NCBI GenBank assembly: GCA_965140415.1
Contig: OZ223209.1
Location: forward strand, 2,208,001-2,272,000
Direction of reading: 5' to 3'
Length of the DNA: 64,000 bases
Origin: Myxococcota bacterium
Lineage (GTDB): Bacteria; Myxococcota_A; SURF-8
Shown here: in pieces, positions 39,744 through 50,292 of the stretch
Numbering within the stretch: the first letter of the stretch is position 1
How the letters are laid out: each line of letters begins with the position of its first letter
Notes under the pieces: generated by a model
The model's database searches: none
Told to the model about the DNA's origin: nothing
What the model saw: only the letters and a program-made list of their open reading frames with translations
Made by a program: the position numbers and the translations under genes

Positions 39744-40802
39744 CTAGGCTATACTTGCTTGTACTTTGTTGGAAAGTTCCGCCAGCATGAGCATGATCTT
39801 TTCGGCTTCTTCCTCTTGCATCGTTCCCATGCCGCAGGACGGAGTAACAAAGCTTTGCTGCCAAATCAAATCCTTATCTATGCCGTGCGAAGCCAGATGG
39901 TCGACCAAGGCGGTCAATTTCTCGAACAGATGTTCTGCCGTCTCTTCATGAATCTTAGGTGAAGTGGGAACGATGCCCCAGGCCAACGCTCCGCCGCGCT
40001 TCAATAAGTCATGAACTTCGGAGGAATAGATTGCGATGCTTTCCCCAAAAGAATACGCATCGAAGTTGATGATGTCCGCTCCGGCTTCGATTAGCATCGA
40101 CCATTCCGTGTTGCCGCATACATGAATACCTACCAGTGCGCCTTCTTCGTGAATGGCGTTGATGGCTGTGCTTAAGCTTTCGACCACGCGCTCGCGCGTG
40201 AGTGTGATGTAAGTGGAAGATCCGAATGCTGAAAGGGAAGGCTCGTCTAAAAAGCAGATGACTTCCCTGCCATAAGGTTTGAATTGCTGAATTTGCCAGC
40301 GAGATTTCATTATTGCATTTTGCAGCGACAAATCAGCCAGATCATCCCGGTATTGAATGGCGGTATCATTTTCGTCCGTCACGGTAAGAGCGAAGGATAT
40401 CGGACCGGTTGTATGGACTTTGACAAACGCGGAAGGCTCGGAACGTTCCGAATATGCTTCGATTGCCGTAGGTAGTCCAACCGAGGCTTCCTCGGAAATG
40501 GCGAAGTCTGAAAAATCATTCGTCTCAGCGGTGGCAAACACCTTTTCATAAAAAGCAGCCATCTGTTCGGCCATGCTGTCCTGTTGGCTGTCCAGGCTGA
40601 CTTTACCATCTGCGGGATGCATAACCAGCCCCGGAAGCCCTTCCGCGTACTGGGGTAGAAATCCCTCTCGCCAGTGTCGATTCGGCAGCTGTGGCCAGAT
40701 GGGGGCTTGGGGGACGGATTGCAGGATCAGTTCCATCGAGCGTTTCGCATCGGTATGGGGCAATGAACCGATTAACGTGGCTAAACCACGAGGTGCAAAC
40801 AT
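39744..40802 (-). CDS. Single-barrel cobalamin-independent methionine synthase (MetE C-terminal)-like protein
   Basis: TLIGSLPH, TGPIS, LDEPSL, Zn-ligand motifs GIHVC and TPSCG. Confidence 0.7.
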   Translation of the reverse strand: MFAPRGLATLIGSLPHTDAKRSMELILQSVPQAPIWPQLPNRHWREGFLPQYAEGLPGLVMHPADGKVSLDSQQDSMAEQMAAFYEKVFATAETNDFSDFAISEEASVGLPTAIEAYSERSEPSAFVKVHTTGPISFALTVTDENDTAIQYRDDLADLSLQNAIMKSRWQIQQFKPYGREVICFLDEPSLSAFGSSTYITLTRERVVESLSTAINAIHEEGALVGIHVCGNTEWSMLIEAGADIINFDAYSFGESIAIYSSEVHDLLKRGGALAWGIVPTSPKIHEETAEHLFEKLTALVDHLASHGIDKDLIWQQSFVTPSCGMGTMQEEEAEKIMLMLAELSNKVQASIA

Positions 40803-40938
40803 AGTTGAAATCCTTTCTACAACGAAAAACAGGTGTCATGAGCAAACTGCAACAGGAAAGATCAAGGATGCTTTCCAATGTTGCTGTTTTTTAGGGATCG
40901 AAACTACCGACGAACGTTAGAGCCACGCATTGTCAGAG

Positions 40939-42408
40939 TCAATCCACGAGCGATTCGTAGACCTTTTTATACTGTTCGGCGGTAGTAAGCCAGGAAAAAT
41001 CCTGTTCCATGGCGCGGGAAACGATCTTTTTGAAACGCTTTTTATCTTTGAACATGGATACGGCGCGCCAGACCGTTTTCAACATCAAGGTCGGGTCGTA
41101 GCCGGTGAAGGTAAATCCCCATCCGTCAGAGCCATCGTCCGTAGCATTACGCACCGTATCTGCCAGACCGCCAGTCGCATGAACAATCGGAACGGCGCCA
41201 TAGCGCATGGCGAACATTTGATGTTGGCCGCAGGGCTCGTAGCGACTGGGCATTAAAAAGAAATCAGCGCCAGCCATGATGTTGTGTGCCATCTGGTTGG
41301 AGTATGTGAGGTTCAAGCCGAACTTGTGAGGGTAGCGCATCTTGATGCTTTCGAAAAGCTTGTGATAGCGCGCTTCTCCCGTTCCGAGCATGACAAGGCT
41401 TAAATCGAAGGTCATCAGTTTTTCAAACGCCGAGGCCAGCAGATCGAAGCCTTTGTTGTCCGTCAAGCGGGTGATCATGCCGATACAAGGAATATCCAGA
41501 TTGGAATGATCCAGGCCGTTTTTCGCGAGTAGTTCCTTTTTATTGGCGAGTTTGTGCTCTTGTTTTCGAATGGAAAACGTCTGTTTGATCATTTCGTCAT
41601 TTTTCGGATCCCACTGACTGTAGTCCACGCCATTTAAAATTCCGAAATAATCCTCGCCTCGTCGTGACAGTTCCTGGGAAAGTCCATAGCCGGAATCGTC
41701 GTTGCTGCGTGTTTCATCGGCATAAGCTTGGCTGACCGTGACAACTTTATCTGCCAGTACCACACCTGCTTTCAGGAAATTCAGCCGGTTGTTGCGACGA
41801 TAGGGACCGTCCGGTTCGAATAACTTGTGTGATAACCCCAGCGTCCAGGCAAAACTTTCTTCGCTGTCGATTTGAAACGAAACGTTATGCAGGGTCAGTA
41901 ACGTCTTGATGTGATTGAAGGCCTCTACATGATCCTTTCGCGATTTCAGCATTGCAGGAATCAAAGCGGTATGGTGGTCGTTCAGGTGCAATAAATCCGG
42001 AGAGAATACACCGACTTGAATCAGATGCAGAATCGCTTCCTGAAAGAGGGCGAAACGCCGGTGATTGTCGATAAATCCTACTCCCTTGGCCGGATTGGTG
42101 TAGATGCCGTCGCGACCGAAAAAAGGATCGCATTTAACCAGGTAAACGGGAACGTTGCTGTCCGGAAGTGAAGATTGAAAATACTCGACATTGAAGGATT
42201 CATTTTCCAGTTTGATGTCGATTCCAGGGTATCGCTCAAAAGGCGTGATCGGCTGCACGGACTGATTCACGCTACTGTAGAATGGCGTGATGATGGATAC
42301 ATCAAGACCCGCCTGATGTAGAGTAGAGGGGATGGCGTTTGAAAACTCCGCCATGCCTCCGACTTTTGAAAAGGGCTGAACTTCCGCTGTACAGAATAGA
42401 ACCTTCAC
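40939..42408 (-). CDS. glgA: Glycogen synthase (GT5)
   Basis: PFSKVGG, HLNDHHT, GILNGVD, TRL..NKG, MPSRYEPCG, ATGGLADTV. Confidence 0.9.
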   Translation of the reverse strand: MKVLFCTAEVQPFSKVGGMAEFSNAIPSTLHQAGLDVSIITPFYSSVNQSVQPITPFERYPGIDIKLENESFNVEYFQSSLPDSNVPVYLVKCDPFFGRDGIYTNPAKGVGFIDNHRRFALFQEAILHLIQVGVFSPDLLHLNDHHTALIPAMLKSRKDHVEAFNHIKTLLTLHNVSFQIDSEESFAWTLGLSHKLFEPDGPYRRNNRLNFLKAGVVLADKVVTVSQAYADETRSNDDSGYGLSQELSRRGEDYFGILNGVDYSQWDPKNDEMIKQTFSIRKQEHKLANKKELLAKNGLDHSNLDIPCIGMITRLTDNKGFDLLASAFEKLMTFDLSLVMLGTGEARYHKLFESIKMRYPHKFGLNLTYSNQMAHNIMAGADFFLMPSRYEPCGQHQMFAMRYGAVPIVHATGGLADTVRNATDDGSDGWGFTFTGYDPTLMLKTVWRAVSMFKDKKRFKKIVSRAMEQDFSWLTTAEQYKKVYESLVD

Positions 42409-42419
42409 GATCCTCTCCT

Positions 42420-43475
42420 TTAACCGTGTTGGTCTTGAATTGAATCAAGCTTGATTTCCCGTAAAAACTGGGCTGCCGTTTCCGGGGGAGTTGGATTGAT
42501 AAAGAACCCGGTGCCCCATTCGAAACCTGCCATATGTGTGGTCCTGGGGAAAATCTCGATGTGCCAGTGAAAATCGTGTTGCAGAGTTTCCCAGTGACTG
42601 CCACCCCGGTTGGGGTCGGATGAAATATTGGGAGCGGTGTGCAGCAATAAATTGTACGGAGGGTTGTCCAATGCAACTCGATATAGCTTTAAAACACGAG
42701 AAAGTATTTCCGCCAGTGAACGTAATGTTTCTTTTGATGTACGGCTGTAATCGAAAGCGTGTTTCCTAGGTATAATGTTGATTTCAAATGGAAAACGCGA
42801 AGCGTAAGGACAGAATGCCACAAACTCATTATTCAGTGCCACGATGCGGTCACCTTCGTCGATTTCTTGAGCGATGATATCGCAGAATAGACAGCGCTCC
42901 TTGACTTTGAAGTGCTCGCGTACACTTCGCAGTAAGGAAACAACTCGTATGGGAGTAATCGATGTGGCGATGATCTGACTATGCGGATGAGAGAGCGAAG
43001 CTCCCGCATGCTTACCGAAATTCTTGAAAACCAGAACATGTCGCAGGCGCTTATCGCGCAGGAGATCCTCGATGCGTTCCCGATAAGTATCCAGCACCAG
43101 CGTTAGATGATCCAACGACATGTCGGGAATATGCTGATTGTGCTCGGGCGAATCGATGATGACTTCGTGTGCTCCAATGCCGTTCATGCGATCGTATATG
43201 CCGTGCGCCGCTCGTTCCGGTTCACCTTCGATCTGAAGGGCAGGGTAGCGATTGGGAACGACGCGCACCTGCCAGTTTTCCTGTGTAGCAGGTTGACCGT
43301 ACTGATCCAGTACGCGAATTGGATACGGCAGCTTTTCTTCATGGCCGCGGCAGAAGGGACAGTAGCGTGGAATCTCATTTGTTTCAACAGGTTCAAAGTC
43401 GTGCGGACGGCGTCCGCGCTCCGTTGCGATAATCACCCATTGACGATTTACCGGGTTATGCCTCAATTCGGGCAT
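42420..43475 (-). CDS. galT: Galactose-1-phosphate uridylyltransferase family protein
   Basis: WVIIATERGRRP, CPFC, VPNRYPAL, GASLSHPHSQ, CLFC, AGFEWGTG. Confidence 0.85.
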   Translation of the reverse strand: MPELRHNPVNRQWVIIATERGRRPHDFEPVETNEIPRYCPFCRGHEEKLPYPIRVLDQYGQPATQENWQVRVVPNRYPALQIEGEPERAAHGIYDRMNGIGAHEVIIDSPEHNQHIPDMSLDHLTLVLDTYRERIEDLLRDKRLRHVLVFKNFGKHAGASLSHPHSQIIATSITPIRVVSLLRSVREHFKVKERCLFCDIIAQEIDEGDRIVALNNEFVAFCPYASRFPFEINIIPRKHAFDYSRTSKETLRSLAEILSRVLKLYRVALDNPPYNLLLHTAPNISSDPNRGGSHWETLQHDFHWHIEIFPRTTHMAGFEWGTGFFINPTPPETAAQFLREIKLDSIQDQHG

Positions 43476-43650
43476 CCGCTACCTCTTTTCCCCTCGCGAT
43501 TTCACAGGTAATTAGTCTGGGACCGAAAGTTCCACAGGTTCAATATCGTTACTGATTTTCTGCAATTGCGAGACACTCGATCCTCCATTTGGTCGGTGTC
43601 AGGCTTTCCATTAGCAGGCCCCAGAAGAACAAATCAGCAATCCTGCTTTC

Positions 43651-43678
43651 ATTATGCCAACACTATCGAGGGTTGCAA
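43651..43678 (-). promoter_or_regulatory. Putative sigma-70 promoter of galT-glgA
   Basis: Minus strand TTGCAA-N16-CATAAT with extended -10 TG. Confidence 0.45.
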
Positions 43679-43806
43679 GTGAAAACACCATTTAAGTCTA
43701 TCGATTAACCGAGGTTTGGAGAGATCCAGACAATGGAGTAATTGGTTTTTCTTGCGTATCGTTATAGAAACGGAGGGAATTATTTGAAGTTAGCGATTGA
43801 TTATCT

Positions 43807-45480
43807 TTACAAGATGTGTCTCAACTTGCCTTTTGTGGATATCGCAAGATGGGTGAGCCGAATCGGATTTGCGGGTTCATCAACATGGTATATCGATACC
43901 TGCTCAGCCTGGTACAGAAAAAGAAGGATTCCCGGACTATTGAATAAGGGGAGCTCTTCGATTGGTTCTTTAAAACGTTCGAAGTGCCCCTTGCATTTAT
44001 TCGGTAATACTTGTGTCATCGCTTTAAGGCGGTGATTGTAGTCGGGTAAGGAGGCTGTATGGCTTGCGAAGTGATAACGTCCTAACAAAAACAGATCGAA
44101 TTGCCACTGTTCATGGACCCGATTCGAAAGGTGGTTCTGCTCGATAATACGTTCCAGGTGTCGAAAGCGTTCGACGACGGAAGTCGGGTTATCTCCATTG
44201 TTCAATTCGCCAAGCAAATCCCATAGAACGTTATATCCTCCTAGCTCAAGAGCCATTCTGTGCAATGTTCGGGATAAGTATGCCGTATTGTAATAGCGGT
44301 CCAACAGGCGAGACAATCGGTCGGATTCTGAGAGTTCGTTAGCACTGTAATCGTCCGTTTTCAAGACTTCCCAGGGAGGAGTTGGGGCATAGATGATAGA
44401 GGGGGTGGCGGTTCTTCGGATTGCCGTACCGGGAAGAAGCTTGAGTCGTTCCAGTTGGATATCGTCCGGTTGTAGCGAGCAAAGTGTTTCGACAGCGCTT
44501 TGGATATCTTTGTGTTTTTGAGCGGGAAGCCCGGAAATCAGATCGACATGCAGCGAAACGGAATCCAATTTGGTAAGTGTTTCTACGATTTGGCATACAT
44601 GTTCGGGATCGCTAGTCCTCCCCACTTTTTGTAGGGTTTCTGGATCGAGACTTTGGATTCCCATCTCAACATGTAGCCGACCGCTCGGAAGTGAGGCTAG
44701 GTATTTCAGTTGATCTTCATCGATGAAGTCAGGGTGCATCTCGATATGCAGCACCTGGTTGTTGGATTCTTCAAAAAAAACATCGATCACCGCTACCATT
44801 CGGTCGGTTTGTTCATTTAAACTGCGGTCGAGCAGATTGATACGTTGCAGGTTCTGAAACCGATCCAGCACGGCCTTTAGATCGTTACGCCAGCGGTCGA
44901 TGGAATAGAGTCGGGTCGAAGAGTGTGAACTTGTGCAGAACGTGCAATGATTCACACAACCCCGCGAGGTTTCCATGTGTAAAAATGGCGCGTCGTTCCG
45001 AAAAAGCCCCATCTGGTAGGGAGAGGGGAGTTCGTCCAGCTCTTTGATCGGCTTTGCCCGGATAATTTTCTCGGTTTCAACTTCTCTTTGTATTCGGTCC
45101 AGTAACGCAGGAAATTCGTATTCCGCTTCTCCGATCACAATCGTATCGAATGCAGACAATAAGGGATGATTCGTTTGTTCCATCGCAAGCCAGCATTCCG
45201 GCCCGCCTGCAATCAATTTTGCATTCGGTAACACAAGCTTTGCCCGCTGCGCCAATTGAGCCTGTGATTCGATGCTCCACAAATAACAGGAGAACGCCAG
45301 TACATCCGGTTGGTAATCCAAGATGTGGGATAAGGCGTTGGAGATGGGAGTGGATGTTAGAAACTCGAAGGTTCGCCATTCGAATTCGGGATGGCTTTTA
45401 GATACAGCCGCCTGTAGAAATGGCCCGGCAATGGTTTGATAGTGATATCGACAATGAAAGCTGATGAACGCGACTCGCAT
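43807..45480 (-). CDS. B12-binding-domain radical SAM protein
   Basis: RBS AAGGGAG + ATG 45480; FSCYLWS, GGPE, ETSRGCVNHCTFC, EMGIQS, HVDLISGLP. Confidence 0.85.
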   Translation of the reverse strand: MRVAFISFHCRYHYQTIAGPFLQAAVSKSHPEFEWRTFEFLTSTPISNALSHILDYQPDVLAFSCYLWSIESQAQLAQRAKLVLPNAKLIAGGPECWLAMEQTNHPLLSAFDTIVIGEAEYEFPALLDRIQREVETEKIIRAKPIKELDELPSPYQMGLFRNDAPFLHMETSRGCVNHCTFCTSSHSSTRLYSIDRWRNDLKAVLDRFQNLQRINLLDRSLNEQTDRMVAVIDVFFEESNNQVLHIEMHPDFIDEDQLKYLASLPSGRLHVEMGIQSLDPETLQKVGRTSDPEHVCQIVETLTKLDSVSLHVDLISGLPAQKHKDIQSAVETLCSLQPDDIQLERLKLLPGTAIRRTATPSIIYAPTPPWEVLKTDDYSANELSESDRLSRLLDRYYNTAYLSRTLHRMALELGGYNVLWDLLGELNNGDNPTSVVERFRHLERIIEQNHLSNRVHEQWQFDLFLLGRYHFASHTASLPDYNHRLKAMTQVLPNKCKGHFERFKEPIEELPLFNSPGILLFLYQAEQVSIYHVDEPANPIRLTHLAISTKGKLRHIL

Positions 45481-45935
45481 GGTTCTCCCTTTTCCTTCCC
45501 GGTAAAATATCCCGGTTTCGGCGGAATGCATAGAAAATTCAGGTAACGAAATCTGGGCGAGGGCTGCCTGCATTGCTGATGTGACGAAAAAAAACGATCT
45601 GGTTAGGCCATCACTGTGAATACACAATGGTCTAATTAAGCAAATGCATGAGGAACAAAACCCTTTTGGATAGAGGTGATAACAGAGCAGGTAATCATAC
45701 AAAAATAGGAATAAATAAATATATGGCGTATAGAAATTCGCATAGGTCGAGAAGCTCATGATGTAGCTAGTCAGTAGTTCCTTCTTTTGTGGTTTGCAAG
45801 CAAGTAATCAGGCTGTGAAATTGTGTTGTGACACGATATGGAGGCGTTTGTGCTTTGTTCTGAAAATGAAATAGCTTATGAAATCAGGGGTATGGATGCC
45901 TTGCGCCTGCAATTTCAAGAGAAAGGAAGGTCGTT

Positions 45936-47723
45936 GTGAGTGATACGAACTCATCCTTTCCCACTCTGATTGCCTTCGATCGGCCCAGTATTTCATTGCG
46001 GATTTCGGTCACTCCGTTTTCGTTGGCGCTGGCGTATCATATTGCGTTGGCGGGGATCGGGATGCTGGCGTTTTTATTGAGAATCCCCACGCTATTTCAC
46101 AAGGGATATTGGTTGATCGATGAACCTTCCTGGCGGATCCTTGGGAACTTGCTCGCTCAAGGGCAGGTTTTATATAAGGATGTCGCCGTTCAGTTGCCGC
46201 CAACTATGTTGTTGATCTATTCAGCAATAACGACACTATTCGGACCATGGGCGGATACCCCGGTGTATCTTTTCGGTGCAGCCTGGTCGGCGACATCGGC
46301 TTGCTTGATCGGATTGACATTTTTCGTTCTTAAAGAGCGCCGCATGGGGCTCGTTGCGGCTTTCCTGTTTGCGATTTCCTCTACTTTCTTTCGGGGAAGC
46401 GAGTTTCTTAGCGTCAATGGAGAATTGATCTGCAACGGTTTCTATGCAGGTAGTTTGCTATTACTGGCGTTGATTCTGCGTTCAGAGCGACACGGTAACT
46501 CCATGTCTCGTCGACTCGCTTTGTTGTTACTATTAGGCGTGTGCGAAGCCTTGGCCGCTTCGGTTAAATCGCAGGCCGGGATTTTATTCCTATGCACGCT
46601 AATCTACTTTGTTTTGCGGCCTGTCTTGTTTTCGGAATACCGAAAGCACCTAAAGCAGCAATGGTTCGCTCCGCTGATTTCACTCTGTGTCGGATTCGGA
46701 GTGGTGGTCCTGGGGTTTGCGGTCTATTTTCAATCGCAGCAAGCCCTTGAAGCGGCACTACATTTCATGCTGGGAAATCAATTCGTCCATGCCTCCGAGC
46801 ATGGCCAGTACAGCATTCTTTACTTCGCGCTCAAACTGATCTACCGCTCTTTCTTGCTGATATTGGCATCGTTACCAGTCTGGTTACTGGCATTCCTAAC
46901 GACGAAACGGGTTTTTTCCAAGCGCCAGGAACGTGGGAAATCAATTGAGCAGCTACTCATATTCTCGGCAATATTGGTTCTCTTAACCTGGGTTCCTACT
47001 TCGCTTGGCGCGCGTTTCTTTTCGCATTATTACCTGTTGTTTTACGTGCCGCTATGTGTTCTGGCCGCCCCGGCTGCCAGTCGATATCTTAGAGTATCAC
47101 AGAGCAACTCGAAGTCTCGTAAAGCATTTGCGATTTTTTTGTGGAGTTTCCTGTTGGGATCTTCCTTGTTCTGGTTTTCTTCAAATATGGCTGGCGCGAG
47201 CAAGTTTAGCGAGTCCATTCCCGTAGAATTGAAAAGCTACATCGAAGAAAACACGGAAGACGCAGCCCCGATTTTCATCTGGGGATATGCACCTCAATGG
47301 TATCTGGACGTCCAACGGTATCCATCTCCCGGTTTTTACAGCATCAAGCAATTGGTTGGCGCCAAGCATGGCACGAAAGGCATGTTTTTAGCTTCGGATG
47401 CGTCTGCCTGGGAACGCATCGCGGCGGATATCAAAGGCGGACGAGACCGGCAGGTGCCTTCCGATTCGCGTTATATTTCCGAAACGGCCTGGAAAATCTT
47501 CGAAAAGAGCTGGAGCAAGCGTCCCCCGCAAGTGGTAGTGGATACCAGTCCAAGCGGATTTCGTGGACAGGTTTTCCCAATCGCGAGCTATCCCAGAATT
47601 CAACGCCTGCTGAGTCGTTACCAGGGACCGGTTCGGATTGCGGATATGGATGTCTACTGGTTGCAGTTCGCCTCGACGCTTTCTGTGGCTGGGCGGAACG
47701 GGGACGCGGAAAGGGAACGTTAA
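45936..47723 (+). CDS. ArnT/GT-C-like polytopic membrane glycosyltransferase
   Basis: Early IDE motif, LYKD..QLPP, about 12 TM helices, FSHYY, C-terminal soluble domain. Confidence 0.65.
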   Translation: MSDTNSSFPTLIAFDRPSISLRISVTPFSLALAYHIALAGIGMLAFLLRIPTLFHKGYWLIDEPSWRILGNLLAQGQVLYKDVAVQLPPTMLLIYSAITTLFGPWADTPVYLFGAAWSATSACLIGLTFFVLKERRMGLVAAFLFAISSTFFRGSEFLSVNGELICNGFYAGSLLLLALILRSERHGNSMSRRLALLLLLGVCEALAASVKSQAGILFLCTLIYFVLRPVLFSEYRKHLKQQWFAPLISLCVGFGVVVLGFAVYFQSQQALEAALHFMLGNQFVHASEHGQYSILYFALKLIYRSFLLILASLPVWLLAFLTTKRVFSKRQERGKSIEQLLIFSAILVLLTWVPTSLGARFFSHYYLLFYVPLCVLAAPAASRYLRVSQSNSKSRKAFAIFLWSFLLGSSLFWFSSNMAGASKFSESIPVELKSYIEENTEDAAPIFIWGYAPQWYLDVQRYPSPGFYSIKQLVGAKHGTKGMFLASDASAWERIAADIKGGRDRQVPSDSRYISETAWKIFEKSWSKRPPQVVVDTSPSGFRGQVFPIASYPRIQRLLSRYQGPVRIADMDVYWLQFASTLSVAGRNGDAERER

Positions 47724-49054
47724 AAGCTGAATGTGAGTGACAGGCCGGTCATCATTTGAAAACGAGGAAGTTCAAAGACCTTGCCGATCAAATTAGTGGG
47801 CGGTGCAGTCACTTCCGAATCGATCAACTCTGTTTCGATATCGGGGTAGATCAATTGACTTGCGTTAAGCATGTATTCTTCAAAGCGATTGACTACGCAG
47901 GTGGGGCGAAGGAACAGGCCCAAAGAAAACAGATCGTTAAATCGGTAGCCGGCTTCCAACAGCAACGACACACCGGCGACAAAGTTCGAAGCTTTTCTGG
48001 ATGTGTAATGGTTTTCATGCCAGGACCAGACCTGCATCATGAACAGACCGCCATATCCGCCTAGCGTCCAATTGCCAAGCTCTCTGCGGTATCCGGCGGA
48101 AATGTTGATAGGAAGCACCATGAATTCGTTTTTCGTTGGGACCGAAACGGTATTGATATCGTCGATATCGTTTCTGTTCTTGGTGTTACTGCTGTAGGGG
48201 TAGAAACCCAGATCACCTCTTAAGGCAATATTTCGATAGACCATGAACGTCAAGCCAAGTTCGAGCCCGCCCGTATTGAAGCCGGAGGTAAACCCGGTCA
48301 AAAAGGAGGGGTTTACTTCCAAGTGCAGAAAACCCGGTTCCAGACTTGGTGGGTCATTCTCTTCTTGTATCGTGATTTCGATGGCGTGCGTCATCTGGTC
48401 TTGTTCGGCGGATTCCGATTGTTGTTCGGGGAGAGGCGCATTTTCATTCGGTTCCAGTGGGATAACCGGTTCTGGTGGAGTGTTTTCCTTTTCTTCCTCT
48501 GGAGAAGTAGTTTGGGATTCCGTGGCGTTGTCTGATGCAGGAGTGAGTGAGGACTCGTTCGTTCCAGACAATTCTTCTTCCTGATTCGGTTTCGGGATAG
48601 GTGGCGGAGGTTTTGTTTGCTGTGAAACCTCTGCTTCAGAGGAAGAATTCTTGCCCGCGATAAACAGGATTTTCATTGCCAGCGCCTGGGCAATATCGAA
48701 ATCGGAGTCTCCTCGGTTCACCGCCAAGTCGCAGTTTAAAACGAGTCCTTGTTTTCCTTTAAACAACTGAACAGAAATCGCATCTCTGGAACGGGTGATA
48801 ATGATTTTCGTTTCTTCACAACTGTCTGTGTTTTCGTCCGGACGCCAGACAAATTCATATGCGCCATCATCACGGCGATCGAGCGTTCGTTTCAATACTC
48901 TTAAGAAACTGTCACCTTGTTTCTCGCTGGTGATTTCCGTTTTTATGGAGAGATGAATCGTTCGTTCCGCGGCCTGTGCCGTCGTGATCCAGATCGTGCA
49001 AACAAGCCAGACGACGAAACCATACCGTGATAAATGCAAGAGAAAGGCACGCAT
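47720..49054 (-). CDS. Exported protein with Pro/Glu-rich linker and C-terminal beta-barrel-like domain
   Basis: Signal peptide AQA; amphipathic strands; ends GLSLTFSF. Confidence 0.55.
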   Translation of the reverse strand: MRAFLLHLSRYGFVVWLVCTIWITTAQAAERTIHLSIKTEITSEKQGDSFLRVLKRTLDRRDDGAYEFVWRPDENTDSCEETKIIITRSRDAISVQLFKGKQGLVLNCDLAVNRGDSDFDIAQALAMKILFIAGKNSSSEAEVSQQTKPPPPIPKPNQEEELSGTNESSLTPASDNATESQTTSPEEEKENTPPEPVIPLEPNENAPLPEQQSESAEQDQMTHAIEITIQEENDPPSLEPGFLHLEVNPSFLTGFTSGFNTGGLELGLTFMVYRNIALRGDLGFYPYSSNTKNRNDIDDINTVSVPTKNEFMVLPINISAGYRRELGNWTLGGYGGLFMMQVWSWHENHYTSRKASNFVAGVSLLLEAGYRFNDLFSLGLFLRPTCVVNRFEEYMLNASQLIYPDIETELIDSEVTAPPTNLIGKVFELPRFQMMTGLSLTFSF

Positions 49055-50292
49055 TATTCACCGGTTGCCATGCACTGTTGTTTAAGCTGTCTGCCTTGCT
49101 TGGTTTTTCCGTAGCGCTTCTGATACTGGCGATAGAAAGTACCGGGCATGCGATGGCATTCATCCTCCGCCAGCCAGCGCAGCGCGTCTTGCGAGAAATT
49201 TCCTTGCGGAAAACGGTTCAGGTACTGCTTCCAGGTTTTCCGAACCTCCGAGTTGTTTTCCAAACGCATTTGCAACGAAGCCATGGCCGCATAGGCATTT
49301 TCAGCGCGCAATGAGACGGAACTTCGGGTCATGTCCAGATACATGCGAACGGCTTCCGCATCGTTGCCGTTTCGCTCCAGAGCTTCCGCCAAAAGGAATT
49401 CAACCTCCGAAGCTTCTTCGTTTTCCGATGTTTTTAAAAAGCGCTTGAAGTAACTTGTTGCTTCAGAAAACGCTTTGGCGTTCAGTGCATTCTCGCCAGC
49501 TTGCCGCAATTCCCTCAAATAAGCGTCCAGGCTTGGGATCTCCGCAGAACTTCCAGCCGTTAAGATAATCTGTTCCCGGTTCTTACCAACCGGATTCACC
49601 CATACGGTTCCTTCAAATACTTCGACCCGTGTCATGTCATCGGATTTCTTGTCGACTTCAAAGCGGGTTCCTTTGACCTGGACGATGGCGTCTTCGGTGT
49701 GTACCTCGAATCGCCGATGTTCCTTCAGTTTCTGCACGCTGACATTCACTTGGCCGCGTTCTAAAAACACAATGCCGCTTTTTCGATCGGCTTCACGCAC
49801 CGTGGCTCTGGCTTCCGGTCCGAAAGAGGCAACGGCTCCAACCGGAAAGGTGCGAGGGATGGTTTCATTCTGAGCGGTTGCCACGGCTTCGCCTGGTCGC
49901 GCCGAAGGATCAACCGCCATTGGTCCAAGGAAGTGAATCAGCAGCCAGATACCGGGAATCAGGAAAAGAATGCTGGCCGCCACGGCAAATGTACTGGGAC
50001 GGCTCAGGATGGTTCTCCAGGCATTGCGTACTTGGAGTTCCTGCTGGCTCTGTTGGACGTATTGGTGCAGGGTGCTCCAGATCTCTTCGGATGTATCCGC
50101 TTCCATTTCAATGGTTCTTGTCGCTTGCAGACCTTTTTCGAATTCGCGAAGCTGTTTTAGTTTTCGACTGCATTGCGGGCAATATTTCAGGTGCTCTGCT
50201 ATCGCATCTTTTTCCTGGCTTTCCAGGCGTCCTGCTGCAAAATCCACAAGCAGATCCGGGCGACATTCCGTTTTGTAATCGTTCCCGCTCAT
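49054..50292 (-). CDS. Anti-sigma factor: zf-HC2 + TM + FecR-like + TPR
   Basis: HLKYCPQC, one TM helix, VQVKGTRFEV..VEVFEGTV, C-terminal YLNRFPQG. Confidence 0.8.
   Translation of the reverse strand: MSGNDYKTECRPDLLVDFAAGRLESQEKDAIAEHLKYCPQCSRKLKQLREFEKGLQATRTIEMEADTSEEIWSTLHQYVQQSQQELQVRNAWRTILSRPSTFAVAASILFLIPGIWLLIHFLGPMAVDPSARPGEAVATAQNETIPRTFPVGAVASFGPEARATVREADRKSGIVFLERGQVNVSVQKLKEHRRFEVHTEDAIVQVKGTRFEVDKKSDDMTRVEVFEGTVWVNPVGKNREQIILTAGSSAEIPSLDAYLRELRQAGENALNAKAFSEATSYFKRFLKTSENEEASEVEFLLAEALERNGNDAEAVRMYLDMTRSSVSLRAENAYAAMASLQMRLENNSEVRKTWKQYLNRFPQGNFSQDALRWLAEDECHRMPGTFYRQYQKRYGKTKQGRQLKQQCMATGE

Noticed and set aside
45481-45759. N-terminal extension of the radical SAM ORF, or a cobalamin riboswitch upstream
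   Set aside because: AT-rich, non-protein-like; good RBS before ATG 45480; no B12-box consensus recognised
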